Source: a virus (taxonomy: Duplodnaviria > Heunggongvirae > Uroviricota > Caudoviricetes > Ackermannviridae). From it: a stretch of 45,378 bases of DNA. Position numbers and translations under genes: made by a program. The stretch is from positions 102,803 to 148,180 of IMG/VR virus record IMGVR_UViG_2974693523_000001. One strand, 5' to 3'. The notes beneath the pieces were generated by a model. The model saw only the letters and a program-made list of their open reading frames with translations, did no database searches and was not told where the DNA came from. Numbering within the stretch: the stretch's first letter is position 1; each line of letters begins with the position of its first letter. Positions 16,925 to 26,105 of this stretch are shown here, piece by piece.

Positions 16925-17248
16925 TTAGTCTTTGTCAGGTTGCCATAAAATAATCACATCATCTTCATCAATATGGCGCTCCACATTGTCAAGGATATGT
17001 GGCATCTCGCGGTCACTAGCCCTCCATTCTGGCCGGACTGCAACACTGAAAACCCCCATAGGGAAATCGATATCTTCCTGAAATCCCATTTCTTCAACGT
17101 CGTAGGTGACATCATATTCAACTTGGGGTAAACCCATTATTGAGATTTTACCATTGAAGTCTACAGCTATAATCCAGCGTTCAGTAACCGTGGCACCTGT
17201 ACCACCCTCTGCGCACATTTTGGCTACGAGTTCTTTCAAATCTAACAT
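16925..17248 (-). CDS. Hypothetical acidic protein
   Basis: 107-aa ORF with an AGGAG SD. Confidence 0.75.
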   Translation of the reverse strand: MLDLKELVAKMCAEGGTGATVTERWIIAVDFNGKISIMGLPQVEYDVTYDVEEMGFQEDIDFPMGVFSVAVRPEWRASDREMPHILDNVERHIDEDDVIILWQPDKD

Positions 17249-17320
17249 TTTTAGCTCCTATTGTTTGAAGGATAACTCCATGTTAATGTGATACCAATTT
17301 TATGAAAAAGGAATAAACAA

Positions 17321-17755
17321 ATGCTAAATCCTCATGAATACAATAATGCAGTTTTACGCATCAAAGAAAGAACAAATGTAATACAGACTTTGATGGTTTT
17401 ATTTCATGACGAACCACATATTCGTAATGAAGCATCAAAAGGTAGGTTAGATTGTGTTCTATCAAGCGGTGTTAAGCTTAATCTTAATGGTGGTGTATGT
17501 TTATATATTAGAGAAACAGCACCAGAAGGTCGTGGTTTAGTAAACGTGTACGCCATAAAGAATACCACTAGTAAAGATTTTTGTTACCCAGTACAACATC
17601 CATCTAAAGAAAATGAAGAAGCTTTTGATGATGCAGATCCTAAAGAAATGTGGAGTGATGGTGAGTACGCAGAAAACCGATGGAATTTTATACGTGGTTT
17701 CTTTAAATGGCTTAAGGAACAGAATAACACTGATATGAAAATGATTGGTGTATGA
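17321..17755 (+). CDS. Hypothetical protein
   Basis: 144-aa ORF with an AAGGA SD. Confidence 0.75.
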   Translation: MLNPHEYNNAVLRIKERTNVIQTLMVLFHDEPHIRNEASKGRLDCVLSSGVKLNLNGGVCLYIRETAPEGRGLVNVYAIKNTTSKDFCYPVQHPSKENEEAFDDADPKEMWSDGEYAENRWNFIRGFFKWLKEQNNTDMKMIGV

Positions 17756-17758
17756 TAC

Positions 17759-17802
17759 TTGTATTATTTTCAAAATCAATTTATATTGTTCATTAACTAA
17801 GG
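17759..17802 (+). promoter_or_regulatory. Sigma70-type promoter
   Basis: TTGTAT-17 bp-TATATT, followed by TTAACTAAGG. Confidence 0.55.
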
Positions 17803-17823
17803 CAAACAACAAAGGAAAGCCAA

Positions 17824-18294
17824 ATGCAACCAAATAGCACCAACTGCAAATTCACCATGACTTACGAAGGATCTAAGAAATTCAGCTTGGGTGACAAACT
17901 ATCTGAAGTTTCTGAATACTTCCGTTCAGCTCAAGAACACGGTTTAAATTTCAGCCTGTTTGTTGATTACAAACACAACGCCACAGGCACTGAAATGGAA
18001 ATCTCAATCCCTAACGGTTGCAGTCCCATTGACACGGTAACTCAAGCCATCAACCGCTTCTTCCTTTACAAAGGTAAGATGTCAGGGAAGGAATGTCTTT
18101 TCGGAAATGGCTGTAGCTTCCGTGTGGTACATGGTAACAAACAAGTATTCTCAATCTCTATACCCAAAACGCATAAGATTGAAGATATTGTACTTGATAT
18201 TGCCCGCGCGGGTACCCTAGGGGTTCTAGTGATAGATTGCGATCCGGTACACACAGATGAAATACCACCAAAAATATTCCGTATTGTACTTTAG
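17824..18294 (+). CDS. Hypothetical protein
   Basis: 156-aa ORF with an AAGGA SD. Confidence 0.75.
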   Translation: MQPNSTNCKFTMTYEGSKKFSLGDKLSEVSEYFRSAQEHGLNFSLFVDYKHNATGTEMEISIPNGCSPIDTVTQAINRFFLYKGKMSGKECLFGNGCSFRVVHGNKQVFSISIPKTHKIEDIVLDIARAGTLGVLVIDCDPVHTDEIPPKIFRIVL

Positions 18295-18309
18295 AAATTT
18301 CAAAGAGGC

Positions 18310-18352
18310 TTGTAAAAGTCTCTTTTTCATTTTAATATGGCGTTAACTAAGG
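18310..18352 (+). promoter_or_regulatory. Sigma70-type promoter overlapping a terminator-like hairpin
   Basis: TTGTAA-17 bp-TAATAT, followed by TTAACTAAGG. Confidence 0.55.
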
Positions 18353-18360
18353 AGTTCGCT

Positions 18361-18468
18361 ATGTTTTGGATGATCACTAAATTTTTATTCAAGCTTGCAA
18401 TTGGTTATGGAATATTCTGTGTAATCTGTTTGTTTGTGTTCTTGGGGTTGTTGCATGTCTCAAGCTAA
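18361..18468 (+). CDS. 35-aa single-TM membrane peptide (not in the ORF track)
   Basis: AAGGAG SD; MFWMITKFLFKLAIGYGIFCVICLFVFLGLLHVSS. Confidence 0.6.
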   Translation: MFWMITKFLFKLAIGYGIFCVICLFVFLGLLHVSS

Positions 18469-18673
18469 GTTAAAAATCATCAGGAATTTCCGTGAAATAA
18501 AACCAAGAAACTCATGCGCTAACTGCAAGCATAACGTCATAGACTCAACTAATACTTATAGAACATGTGAGTTGGCTGATGGTGATATACCTTGGGGTGA
18601 AACTGAGTATATGTATCACTTCTACTGTGACAGTTACAAACATGAAAATAAACTTGGGTTAGAATTAGGATAA
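18455..18673 (+). CDS. Small Cys-rich hypothetical protein
   Basis: CANCKH...C...C pattern; likely start MSQAK after a GGGG SD. Confidence 0.65.
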   Translation: MSQAKLKIIRNFREIKPRNSCANCKHNVIDSTNTYRTCELADGDIPWGETEYMYHFYCDSYKHENKLGLELG

Positions 18674-18676
18674 TGC

Positions 18677-20491
18677 ATGTGTAATGAACTTCGCGAACGC
18701 GCTAAAGAGATGTTCTCATTCGGTGAGCGCCCAAAGCTTAAGAAAACCACATTGACAACTCATACGGATGTCGTGGAGTACGTCAGCGGGGCGTTTAGCA
18801 ACCGCATAGGGCTAGACATGACACTTAGTCAAGCTTTGCTCGCATTCGCAAAAGGCTACGATCACCCACCAAAATGTAAGAACCCGTTGTGTTCTTGTCA
18901 AACGCCTTGGAAGCAAGGGGTATTTCAAGATACGTGTAGTCGCTCATGTGCCAATAGTGTTGACTCAGGAAAGTTTGGTGAGTATGTAGTATGCACTAAA
19001 AGCTTCCCACTAAAGAGAGGTCGTACGGATGCTCTTACTTGCGGTGATACTTGTCGTACATTCTACAAGAACCATAGACTATCACAAGAAGCCGTAGAAC
19101 AAGCCAAGAAGGATTTCTCAGAAATGGGTCTAGTGGCTTGGGCTAATAAACACCTATGTCGGCAGTCATGCACTGGTGGGTTCGGCTACAATGATATCCG
19201 TTTTGAAGATTATCGTTGGGCTAAGATTAATGACCTAGTAGAAGAAGTTAATGCGGTAATTGAAGCTATAACAAACCACAACAAGAATATCCCTGTTGAA
19301 TTAAATACCAAAAATAAGTGGAAATCTTGGCAATTGGGATCTTCTTACACTGTATGTACCCAATGTGGTTCAGAAGGTAAATTTCATGAGGGTAGGGGTT
19401 GGCAAGAATTTTGTAGTCATGAATGTCAACGAAAAGCAATCACAACACAAGGTAGTGAACTAAGAAATAAAATTTTAGAAAAACATTCACAAATTGATAA
19501 CGAAAAAAGACTACAAAAATTTGAGCAAACCATGATGGAGCGTTATGGATATAAGCATAATCTTGGACACAGACCAATCATAAATCAAATAATGATAAAC
19601 AAAAGGATTAATAACCCTATTTGGGGTAGAAGTCGTTTAGAGATTAGGTTAGTTGATGAACTAAGGACTATGGGCATCCAAGTAGTAACAAATGATAGAA
19701 CTATAATAAACAAAGAATTAGACATATACTTACCAGAATTTAAAATTGCTATTGAAGTCAACGGTGTTATCTACCATTCAGAGAAATTCAGTAACAACGC
19801 AAAACATAGACATATTGAAAAAACTGTTTTGTGTAATGAAAAAGGTATACACCTTATCCACATATGGCATGATGAACTAAACTCCGAATATAGATACAAC
19901 AAAACAATAAAAAGACTCAAGTGGTTGTTGAATAAAAATGATAATAAGAAAACATACGCAAGAAATCTTTTACCTTGTTCTTATATTGACAAAACAAAAG
20001 ATGAACAAATAGAAATTTTTCTTAAAAATAATCATGCACAAGGTCATTCTAAAAATTACACAAAGGCATACACATTAGAATCTGTAGAAGGTATTATTAA
20101 GGCTGTTATGTTGTTTAAGATTAGTGATAACAACACTTATGAATTATCACGTTTCTATGCCGATTGTGTCGTTGGTGCATTCAGTAGACTACTAAAACAA
20201 TTTATAAAAGATCACCCAAACACAAACATTATTTCATTTGGTGATAGGGATAAAGTTAATCCCTTTAGTAATGTGTATTTATCAAATGGATTCAAGTTGA
20301 AAAACACAATTGGACCTGATTATAAGTACACAAATGGTTCTGGTAGAATACACAAATTCAATTTTAGAAAACAACGTTTATTAAAGAAATTTCCTGAATT
20401 AGATCCTAATCTAACAGAATTTGAAATGGCTACAAAATTGGGTTATTATAGAGTATGGAATACAGGTTTATTTGTATATGAATTTAGTTAA
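18677..20491 (+). CDS. Hef/Vsr-like PD-(D/E)XK endonuclease with N-terminal Cys-rich modules and a C-terminal GNAT-like domain
   Basis: S..E..L...L, ELDIYLPEFKIAIEVNG..YH and IHIWHDE motifs; free-standing and antisense to gp23. Confidence 0.75.
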   Translation: MCNELRERAKEMFSFGERPKLKKTTLTTHTDVVEYVSGAFSNRIGLDMTLSQALLAFAKGYDHPPKCKNPLCSCQTPWKQGVFQDTCSRSCANSVDSGKFGEYVVCTKSFPLKRGRTDALTCGDTCRTFYKNHRLSQEAVEQAKKDFSEMGLVAWANKHLCRQSCTGGFGYNDIRFEDYRWAKINDLVEEVNAVIEAITNHNKNIPVELNTKNKWKSWQLGSSYTVCTQCGSEGKFHEGRGWQEFCSHECQRKAITTQGSELRNKILEKHSQIDNEKRLQKFEQTMMERYGYKHNLGHRPIINQIMINKRINNPIWGRSRLEIRLVDELRTMGIQVVTNDRTIINKELDIYLPEFKIAIEVNGVIYHSEKFSNNAKHRHIEKTVLCNEKGIHLIHIWHDELNSEYRYNKTIKRLKWLLNKNDNKKTYARNLLPCSYIDKTKDEQIEIFLKNNHAQGHSKNYTKAYTLESVEGIIKAVMLFKISDNNTYELSRFYADCVVGAFSRLLKQFIKDHPNTNIISFGDRDKVNPFSNVYLSNGFKLKNTIGPDYKYTNGSGRIHKFNFRKQRLLKKFPELDPNLTEFEMATKLGYYRVWNTGLFVYEFS

Positions 20492-20492
20492 A

Positions 20493-20516
20493 AAAAGACC
20501 GCCGAAGCGGTCTTTT
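20493..20516. terminator. Bidirectional terminator between gp23 and the Hef-like gene
   Basis: aaaagaccgc-cgaa-gcggtctttt; UUCG loop on the minus strand. Confidence 0.85.
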
Positions 20517-20531
20517 AAACTTTTAATCAAC

Positions 20532-21890
20532 TTAGTTGATATAAAGCCCCTTGATTGCGATTTTACGAAAATATGGGTTAGCATCCTTCGCAAAGCCTTC
20601 GGTTGTAACTTGAGTTGCAACTGGGCTATTGGTAGCGATCTGAACAAACGGGTTAGCAACCAAACCACGACGTGATTTAAACGCCATGCGGGGCTGGAAT
20701 GTATCTTCGCCTACCGTTTTGTACATTTCAACTGGAATATACGGGGCAATAAACGCACCAGCATCCAATTGTGAAGCACCTTTAAACGCGATCGTGATGT
20801 AGTCAATTGCACCTGCATATGGGTCAATAAACACATCCATACCGTTAGCCAGTTTACCAGCATACACTTGTGAAGTAACGTCTACTTTCAAGTTAGCTTG
20901 TGCTGCTAGTGCAGTCGCGTAGTCCAGCATACCAGCCATCACTAGAGCCGACGCTACGTTTGGTGAACAAAGAACTTTGTTACCTTTACCGCGACGAGTT
21001 TCTTTAGCGATCATGTTTGCTTCAAGATCTAGGATGTACAGCAGGTATTTCCACTTCTCAACAGCCCAACGGCCTGAACAGTGGGTTTGGATGTCGACAA
21101 TACCGTTCGCACCGTGGGTGGTACCACGTTTAGCAGAGAAGTTCATCAGACGAATTACTTCACGGTCTTCACCAGTTTGGATCTCATTCAGCATGATGTC
21201 AGCGAGGATTGAGTCAGCGTCTTCACCGTGAACGTTCATCATGTCTTGGCGAAGTTCATGTGAGTAGTCTGCGTACACGCCACGTGATTTAGCTGATACA
21301 GCAGCTTTTTGGATGGTTACACCAACGCGAGCCCATTCTTTAGCACCAGTCGCTTGAGAGCCAAGCAGTTCTGACTCCGCTGTGGACATACCACGACCAG
21401 CCGCGGTTTCAGTGTTGTCATCAGCTGGGTTAGCGGTAACTTCACGTAGATTGAAACCGGATGGGTCACCAGCTTGCGCTACACCACCAGTACGACCGCT
21501 ATCACCTTCACCCATGAACAATTCGCTATTCATGTCAATGGTAACACCGTTAGCGCCGTCTTTGGTAGCAACGCGAGCGCGCATAGCAAAGATCTGACCG
21601 TCAGGACCTGACATTGGCTGTACGCCGAAGAACTGGTTACCCACGTTCATTGGAGCTAGACGCTTAGCCATGTTGATCAACAGTGGCTGCCAACGTGCCG
21701 CATGAGCGTTTACAGAACCAGGGGCGTTAGATTCAGCAACAACAGCACCTAGGTTATCTTTACACCATTTCATCTGGTTTTCCATCAGACGAACTTGGAT
21801 GTCTTCGTTACTAAGACCTTTCAGAACGAATGAACCTTTGTTAGATTCTTCGTATTTTTTCCAGTCTTGGCGCATTTTTTCAGTAATCAT
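20532..21890 (-). CDS. gp23: Major capsid protein
   Basis: FFGVQPMSGPDGQIFAMR, AKSR..YADYSHELRQD and F.P...FKSRRGL..NPF; SD GAGG before MITEK. Confidence 0.97.
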   Translation of the reverse strand: MITEKMRQDWKKYEESNKGSFVLKGLSNEDIQVRLMENQMKWCKDNLGAVVAESNAPGSVNAHAARWQPLLINMAKRLAPMNVGNQFFGVQPMSGPDGQIFAMRARVATKDGANGVTIDMNSELFMGEGDSGRTGGVAQAGDPSGFNLREVTANPADDNTETAAGRGMSTAESELLGSQATGAKEWARVGVTIQKAAVSAKSRGVYADYSHELRQDMMNVHGEDADSILADIMLNEIQTGEDREVIRLMNFSAKRGTTHGANGIVDIQTHCSGRWAVEKWKYLLYILDLEANMIAKETRRGKGNKVLCSPNVASALVMAGMLDYATALAAQANLKVDVTSQVYAGKLANGMDVFIDPYAGAIDYITIAFKGASQLDAGAFIAPYIPVEMYKTVGEDTFQPRMAFKSRRGLVANPFVQIATNSPVATQVTTEGFAKDANPYFRKIAIKGLYIN

Positions 21891-21972
21891 GTTATGATCC
21901 TCTTGAAGTTTCAAAATTCAATTTTTTGTTTAATGTAAAGTTATATAGTAGCGATTTTCTACTAAACGTCAA

Positions 21973-22761
21973 TTAACTTAGAAAGGTGCCTTTCAAGAAG
22001 TGTTGACGGTACTCATCATCAGATTCCAAGACTGGGTCTAGGCCTTCAGATTTCTGTTTTTTGTCATCCTTTTCTTCATCATCGCCCTTTCCATCTTTTT
22101 CTGGATCAGCGGCTTCTTGTTCACCACCACCATCATGTGATGCCTTTTTAACTTCTTCAACAATTGGTTTTAATGCTTCTGTGAATGTTTCTGCATCTAC
22201 GAACTGAATACCTTCAGAAAGTGTCTTAACGCGCTCACATTCAGTTAGGGCTAGACCAGCTGTGACAGTATTCAAAACTGACTCACGCTTTAGATTCACG
22301 TTCTCAGCACGTAATTGGATAGCTTCTTTAGCGATCTTGTTGGCGCGTTGACGTTCTTCACGTACACGTTCTTCAGCATTTTCAATGACTTGTTTAGAGT
22401 CAGGATTAGAAATGTCGTGTTCAGCTAACAGACCGTGGAGTCCAGTCAACAAACTTTCAGCAAGTTGAACCTTGACTAGTGAATCAATAGCAATTGCATT
22501 TTCTGAAACGATCTGACCTACAATTGAGTCAAGGAATTGATCAATAGCTTCAACCATTTCTTGTTTAATATTCTCTTTTTCAAGAGTCAAAACATTTTCG
22601 TTTTCTGCTACTAGTTCAGCTTCTCGTTCTTGAATTTTTGATTCAACAATTTCTTCAGCTTTTGCATTTACCGCTTCTTCGAATGTTTGGGTTAATGATT
22701 CAACCATTTGTGCTGGCAGACCCTCTACACCCTCTAGAATGGTTTTGATGTTTTTAGACAT
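21973..22761 (-). CDS. gp22: Prohead core scaffold protein
   Basis: Acidic coiled-coil protein between gp21 and gp23; FEEAVNAK and LAESLL.GL. Confidence 0.88.
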   Translation of the reverse strand: MSKNIKTILEGVEGLPAQMVESLTQTFEEAVNAKAEEIVESKIQEREAELVAENENVLTLEKENIKQEMVEAIDQFLDSIVGQIVSENAIAIDSLVKVQLAESLLTGLHGLLAEHDISNPDSKQVIENAEERVREERQRANKIAKEAIQLRAENVNLKRESVLNTVTAGLALTECERVKTLSEGIQFVDAETFTEALKPIVEEVKKASHDGGGEQEAADPEKDGKGDDEEKDDKKQKSEGLDPVLESDDEYRQHFLKGTFLS

Positions 22762-22802
22762 TTGAGTTTCCTCTTTTCAATTTTAGATATATAGGGGTCA
22801 AT

Positions 22803-23471
22803 TTAACCCAATTGCTCTAACGCCTTTTTGAAGCGTTTAGCAAATTCTTCAGCGTGTTTGTTTGCTTCAAGGATTTGGTCAACTTTAGAACCATTAACAC
22901 CTTGAGGAACCCAAACACCTTCGTTAGTTTGTTCCCACATCACCGATTCCCTGATCGCCTTTACATAGCATGTCTGTCCTGAGGGTTTATCAACCACATC
23001 AACTGCGGTTAACATAAATCCCTCATTGATGTGTTCAACTTTATCCCTGACACTTGCATCACCCAAACCACGAGTTGATACACCAAGGTTGTAGTTGCCT
23101 TTAATCAAACTAACAATAATTTGACCATTAGGATTATCTAGCACCTCTAGTTTACCAACTGCATCATATTTTTCCCATTTGAGTGGTTGATTTATGATAA
23201 CAGCAGCTTCCTTGATTCTAGGGAATGGATAATCAGGGTGTTCACATTCACCAATTGCACGTCGCTCACCAACCCAATCACGGTTGTAAGCTTCCACCAT
23301 TGGAACACCAACTTTTTCAAAATCATAGTTACGCCCATTACGATTAACGCGGTTCGTCATCACGCATGGACCCTCTAGGTAATATCTTTTACCTTCTTGA
23401 GTACTCTCCGTCAACAATTCTAGATGTGATTCAGAGAACAAATTCTCAGTAATAAAACGACCGCGCATCAT
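22803..23471 (-). CDS. gp21: Prohead protease (true start at 23471, MMRGRF)
   Basis: Y.EG.....N..NRNGR.Y, GECEHP and GVSTRGLG motifs. Confidence 0.93.
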   Translation of the reverse strand: MMRGRFITENLFSESHLELLTESTQEGKRYYLEGPCVMTNRVNRNGRNYDFEKVGVPMVEAYNRDWVGERRAIGECEHPDYPFPRIKEAAVIINQPLKWEKYDAVGKLEVLDNPNGQIIVSLIKGNYNLGVSTRGLGDASVRDKVEHINEGFMLTAVDVVDKPSGQTCYVKAIRESVMWEQTNEGVWVPQGVNGSKVDQILEANKHAEEFAKRFKKALEQLG

Positions 23472-23472
23472 A

Positions 23473-23745
23473 TTAGAGCCCTCTTTGTTTTCTAATTTTC
23501 CTAGCCCTAAGCATTTTCCGCTTAGTTGACAATTTTTTAGCTTTTCTTTTAACTTGTGAGCGCCGCAAACCTTTTGTCCTTGCCAGTTTTTCACCTGATT
23601 GAATACGTTGGCATGTATTACCAACAAGTTTATAACCTGCAGGGCATTTTCTACGGCGTTTGATCTCACCACGGTTATTAACTTTAGTGATCAGTTTTTC
23701 ACAAATTTCTAAATCACCAAAATCACCAATGACTGTCTCGGCCAT
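23473..23745 (-). CDS. gp68: Prohead core protein, basic
   Basis: RRRKC..GYK and a K/R-rich C-terminus; position upstream of gp21. Confidence 0.75.
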   Translation of the reverse strand: MAETVIGDFGDLEICEKLITKVNNRGEIKRRRKCPAGYKLVGNTCQRIQSGEKLARTKGLRRSQVKRKAKKLSTKRKMLRARKIRKQRGL

Positions 23746-23749
23746 ATAA

Positions 23750-23896
23750 TCACCTTGTTTCAATAGATTCAGCAACAGCTTTTTTGGCTTCTGCCAAAAC
23801 TGCTTCCATACGAATATTCACTTCTTGTTTGATAAGTTCATTTGCTTCAACAAACTCACCTTTAAGAATGTGCTCAAGAATTTGTTCTGCTACCAT
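23750..23896 (-). CDS. gp67: Small prohead core protein (48 aa; not in the ORF track)
   Basis: MVAEQILEHILKGEFVEANELIKQEVNIRMEAVLAEAKKAVAESIETR; GAGGAG SD and late promoter at 23923-23929. Confidence 0.7.
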   Translation of the reverse strand: MVAEQILEHILKGEFVEANELIKQEVNIRMEAVLAEAKKAVAESIETR

Positions 23897-23937
23897 GATA
23901 GGTACTCCTCAGTTATTTTGAATATATAGTGGAATTT

Positions 23938-24402
23938 TTACGAAATATTAATCCAAACTTCTTCATCTTTTTCTAAAGCTTGACTGACTAGCTTATAGAA
24001 TTCAATATACACTTTTGTTGAATTGGTGATCATAGCTCTGCCTATTACAAATTTTTCACCAACAAGAACACAACCATCAGTATCTTTTGCATAATTACCA
24101 ATGTGAATATAGACGTTTTCAAAGAAAGGGACGTCACATATTTCTAAATGCCAATCAAAAATACCTTTTAATACTTTAATAGTTCGGTATTTCTTAGTTA
24201 AGTTTGACAAAACCTTTCTTTTTCTTATTGGATATCTACCCGCGGGTATTCTTGTTTCACCATTAACTTTTTCATATAGTGGGACAAATTTGTCTTCTAA
24301 TGTAACACAGAAGTCTTTTTCTTCAATTGATAGCTGACCTAATGTACTTTTACCAGTTAGTTCATCTTCAAGTTCTTTAATTCTCTTTATATAGATTTCC
24401 AT
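23938..24402 (-). CDS. DUF5675-like protein (candidate peptidoglycan hydrolase)
   Basis: TLG.L...C.TLED...KV.GETRIPAG.Y...L..VP.FE...IH.GN...DTDGC.LVG. Confidence 0.75.
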   Translation of the reverse strand: MEIYIKRIKELEDELTGKSTLGQLSIEEKDFCVTLEDKFVPLYEKVNGETRIPAGRYPIRKRKVLSNLTKKYRTIKVLKGIFDWHLEICDVPFFENVYIHIGNYAKDTDGCVLVGEKFVIGRAMITNSTKVYIEFYKLVSQALEKDEEVWINIS

Positions 24403-26018
24403 TAGAATCCACCCTCTTCTGGTTCATCACGTTTGACAGGATTCATATTTGACTGACCACCATACAACCCTTTATTTTGTTCTTCCATTATTTTCTTACG
24501 TTCTTTATCAATTTCTTCATCGGTCATTCTCATTACTGTTTTAAGTGCTGTTTCTAAAGAAATGATCTTACCAATAAAGGGTTCAATTTGATTTAGGTTG
24601 TTAATCCTGTTCATCATAGTTTCGGCTTCCTGCCTTTCAACTATGTAGGAGTCCGTATTGAAGAATATCCTCATACGTTTTTTGAACATGTCTTTTTCAG
24701 AAAGTGTAATAACCTTAGTCAGAACAAGGTCAGCAATCAGTACATCCTTTAGAATATTGCACCAACGTCTACCAAGTCTTTTGGTATACTTATTAAAACG
24801 ATGCTCTTCGCGGTCTACTTCAGCAAGATCAGATCCACCAATGTTTACCATACCACCGCCCTGAATACGACCTCTAGGGATTTTTAGAGCGGTATAAACT
24901 TTTTCTTGGAAGTAAAGAACATGACGCATTTCACCAAGTTGTTGACCACCATCTAATTGTTGAATATCAGTTGCGTTTGATCCCTCACGTCTTGGGATCC
25001 AAAAATCTTCAACAATACCCATGGTTGATTTGTTATTAACAATTTCACCCGTTGTTCTATCATAAGTCATTTCTGTTTGAAAACGCTTCATCATATCATC
25101 CATGTACTGGATAGCAGACTTAGAACCCAATGTACCAACGTCTAAGAAGAAGGCTCTGCGTTCTGGCGCTCGTGTAATGGCGTAAATAACAGTAGCATCC
25201 TCAACGGTTATTAGGTTGTTAACCGCTTTAATTGCATAATGTAACTTCGAGGGTACAAACCCCCATTGGTCTGGTTTTTCACCTGAGTCAGTAAACGCAA
25301 CAGTGGCTTCTGGTAAAAACATACTTTGAGTAGCAAAATTATATGAATAATTAAGAGTGTTGGTTCTTGATTTTTCTAAAATTGTTGGGTCATAAACATA
25401 ACCCCGCTCCTTACCAACAATCTTATTATAGGTTGTCCCACCACCAGTTCTGTCTAATTCAACAGCGGTTATAGGTCGCAAACATCTTGGATCTAGCATA
25501 ATAACATTTTGAATACCATCCAATGGTCTTTTAGGGTTAATCATCATATATAACCCTTGTCTACCCGATATAAACCAATCCTTTACCAGTTCATGGACTG
25601 ATTCTTCAAAATTTATTTTATCTAAACAATGTTTAAATCGTTCACGTATTTTTTCTTTTAAATCATCAGATATTTCAAGTTGTTCTAAATCTAAAGTAAC
25701 AACATCTTCACCGTCTTCAACACTAACAATTTCATTAATAATGATGTCTATTGCTTCTTCAACTTCTGGATTGTTTGCGGTGATATAATATTCTTCAACA
25801 TAATCTCTATAATTCTTAAGATTAAGATTTAAGAAACTTGCTGTATTAACAGTCCCACCTACGGTAACAACAATTTCATCTTTGTTACGTGCGTCAAGAG
25901 CAAAAACTTCATTATTATCTAATAGTTTTTGTTCTTCGTTATCTATTTGACTTTGAATTTTATCCATACCCTTTGGCATGAACAATCTGGAAAATCCTGT
26001 TTGTTTGAAGAAAGGCAT
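24402..26018 (-). CDS. gp20: Portal vertex protein
   Basis: DATVIYAITRAPERRAFFLDVG, EDFWIPRREG and LPGG-like QLDGGQQLGE motifs. Confidence 0.96.
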   Translation of the reverse strand: MPFFKQTGFSRLFMPKGMDKIQSQIDNEEQKLLDNNEVFALDARNKDEIVVTVGGTVNTASFLNLNLKNYRDYVEEYYITANNPEVEEAIDIIINEIVSVEDGEDVVTLDLEQLEISDDLKEKIRERFKHCLDKINFEESVHELVKDWFISGRQGLYMMINPKRPLDGIQNVIMLDPRCLRPITAVELDRTGGGTTYNKIVGKERGYVYDPTILEKSRTNTLNYSYNFATQSMFLPEATVAFTDSGEKPDQWGFVPSKLHYAIKAVNNLITVEDATVIYAITRAPERRAFFLDVGTLGSKSAIQYMDDMMKRFQTEMTYDRTTGEIVNNKSTMGIVEDFWIPRREGSNATDIQQLDGGQQLGEMRHVLYFQEKVYTALKIPRGRIQGGGMVNIGGSDLAEVDREEHRFNKYTKRLGRRWCNILKDVLIADLVLTKVITLSEKDMFKKRMRIFFNTDSYIVERQEAETMMNRINNLNQIEPFIGKIISLETALKTVMRMTDEEIDKERKKIMEEQNKGLYGGQSNMNPVKRDEPEEGGF

Positions 26019-26063
26019 GATTAAAACCCTAATTAAATACAATTGAAGATATATAGTCAAAAT

Positions 26064-26089
26064 AAAAGGGGCTTGTTTAAGCCCCTTTT
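26064..26089 (-). terminator. Terminator after gp19, followed by late promoter CTATATA (26050-26056)
   Basis: Inverted repeat aaaaggggctt-gttt-aagcccctttt. Confidence 0.8.
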
Positions 26090-26105
26090 GATTAAATTAA
26101 GTGTA

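Noticed and set aside
20492-20531. Absence of gp24 after gp23
   Set aside because: Common in non-Tevenvirinae T4-like phages, so not novel.
23472-23672. 68-aa N-terminal extension of gp21 in the ORF track
   Set aside because: It overlaps gp68 in another frame. A GAGGG SD supports the start at 23471.
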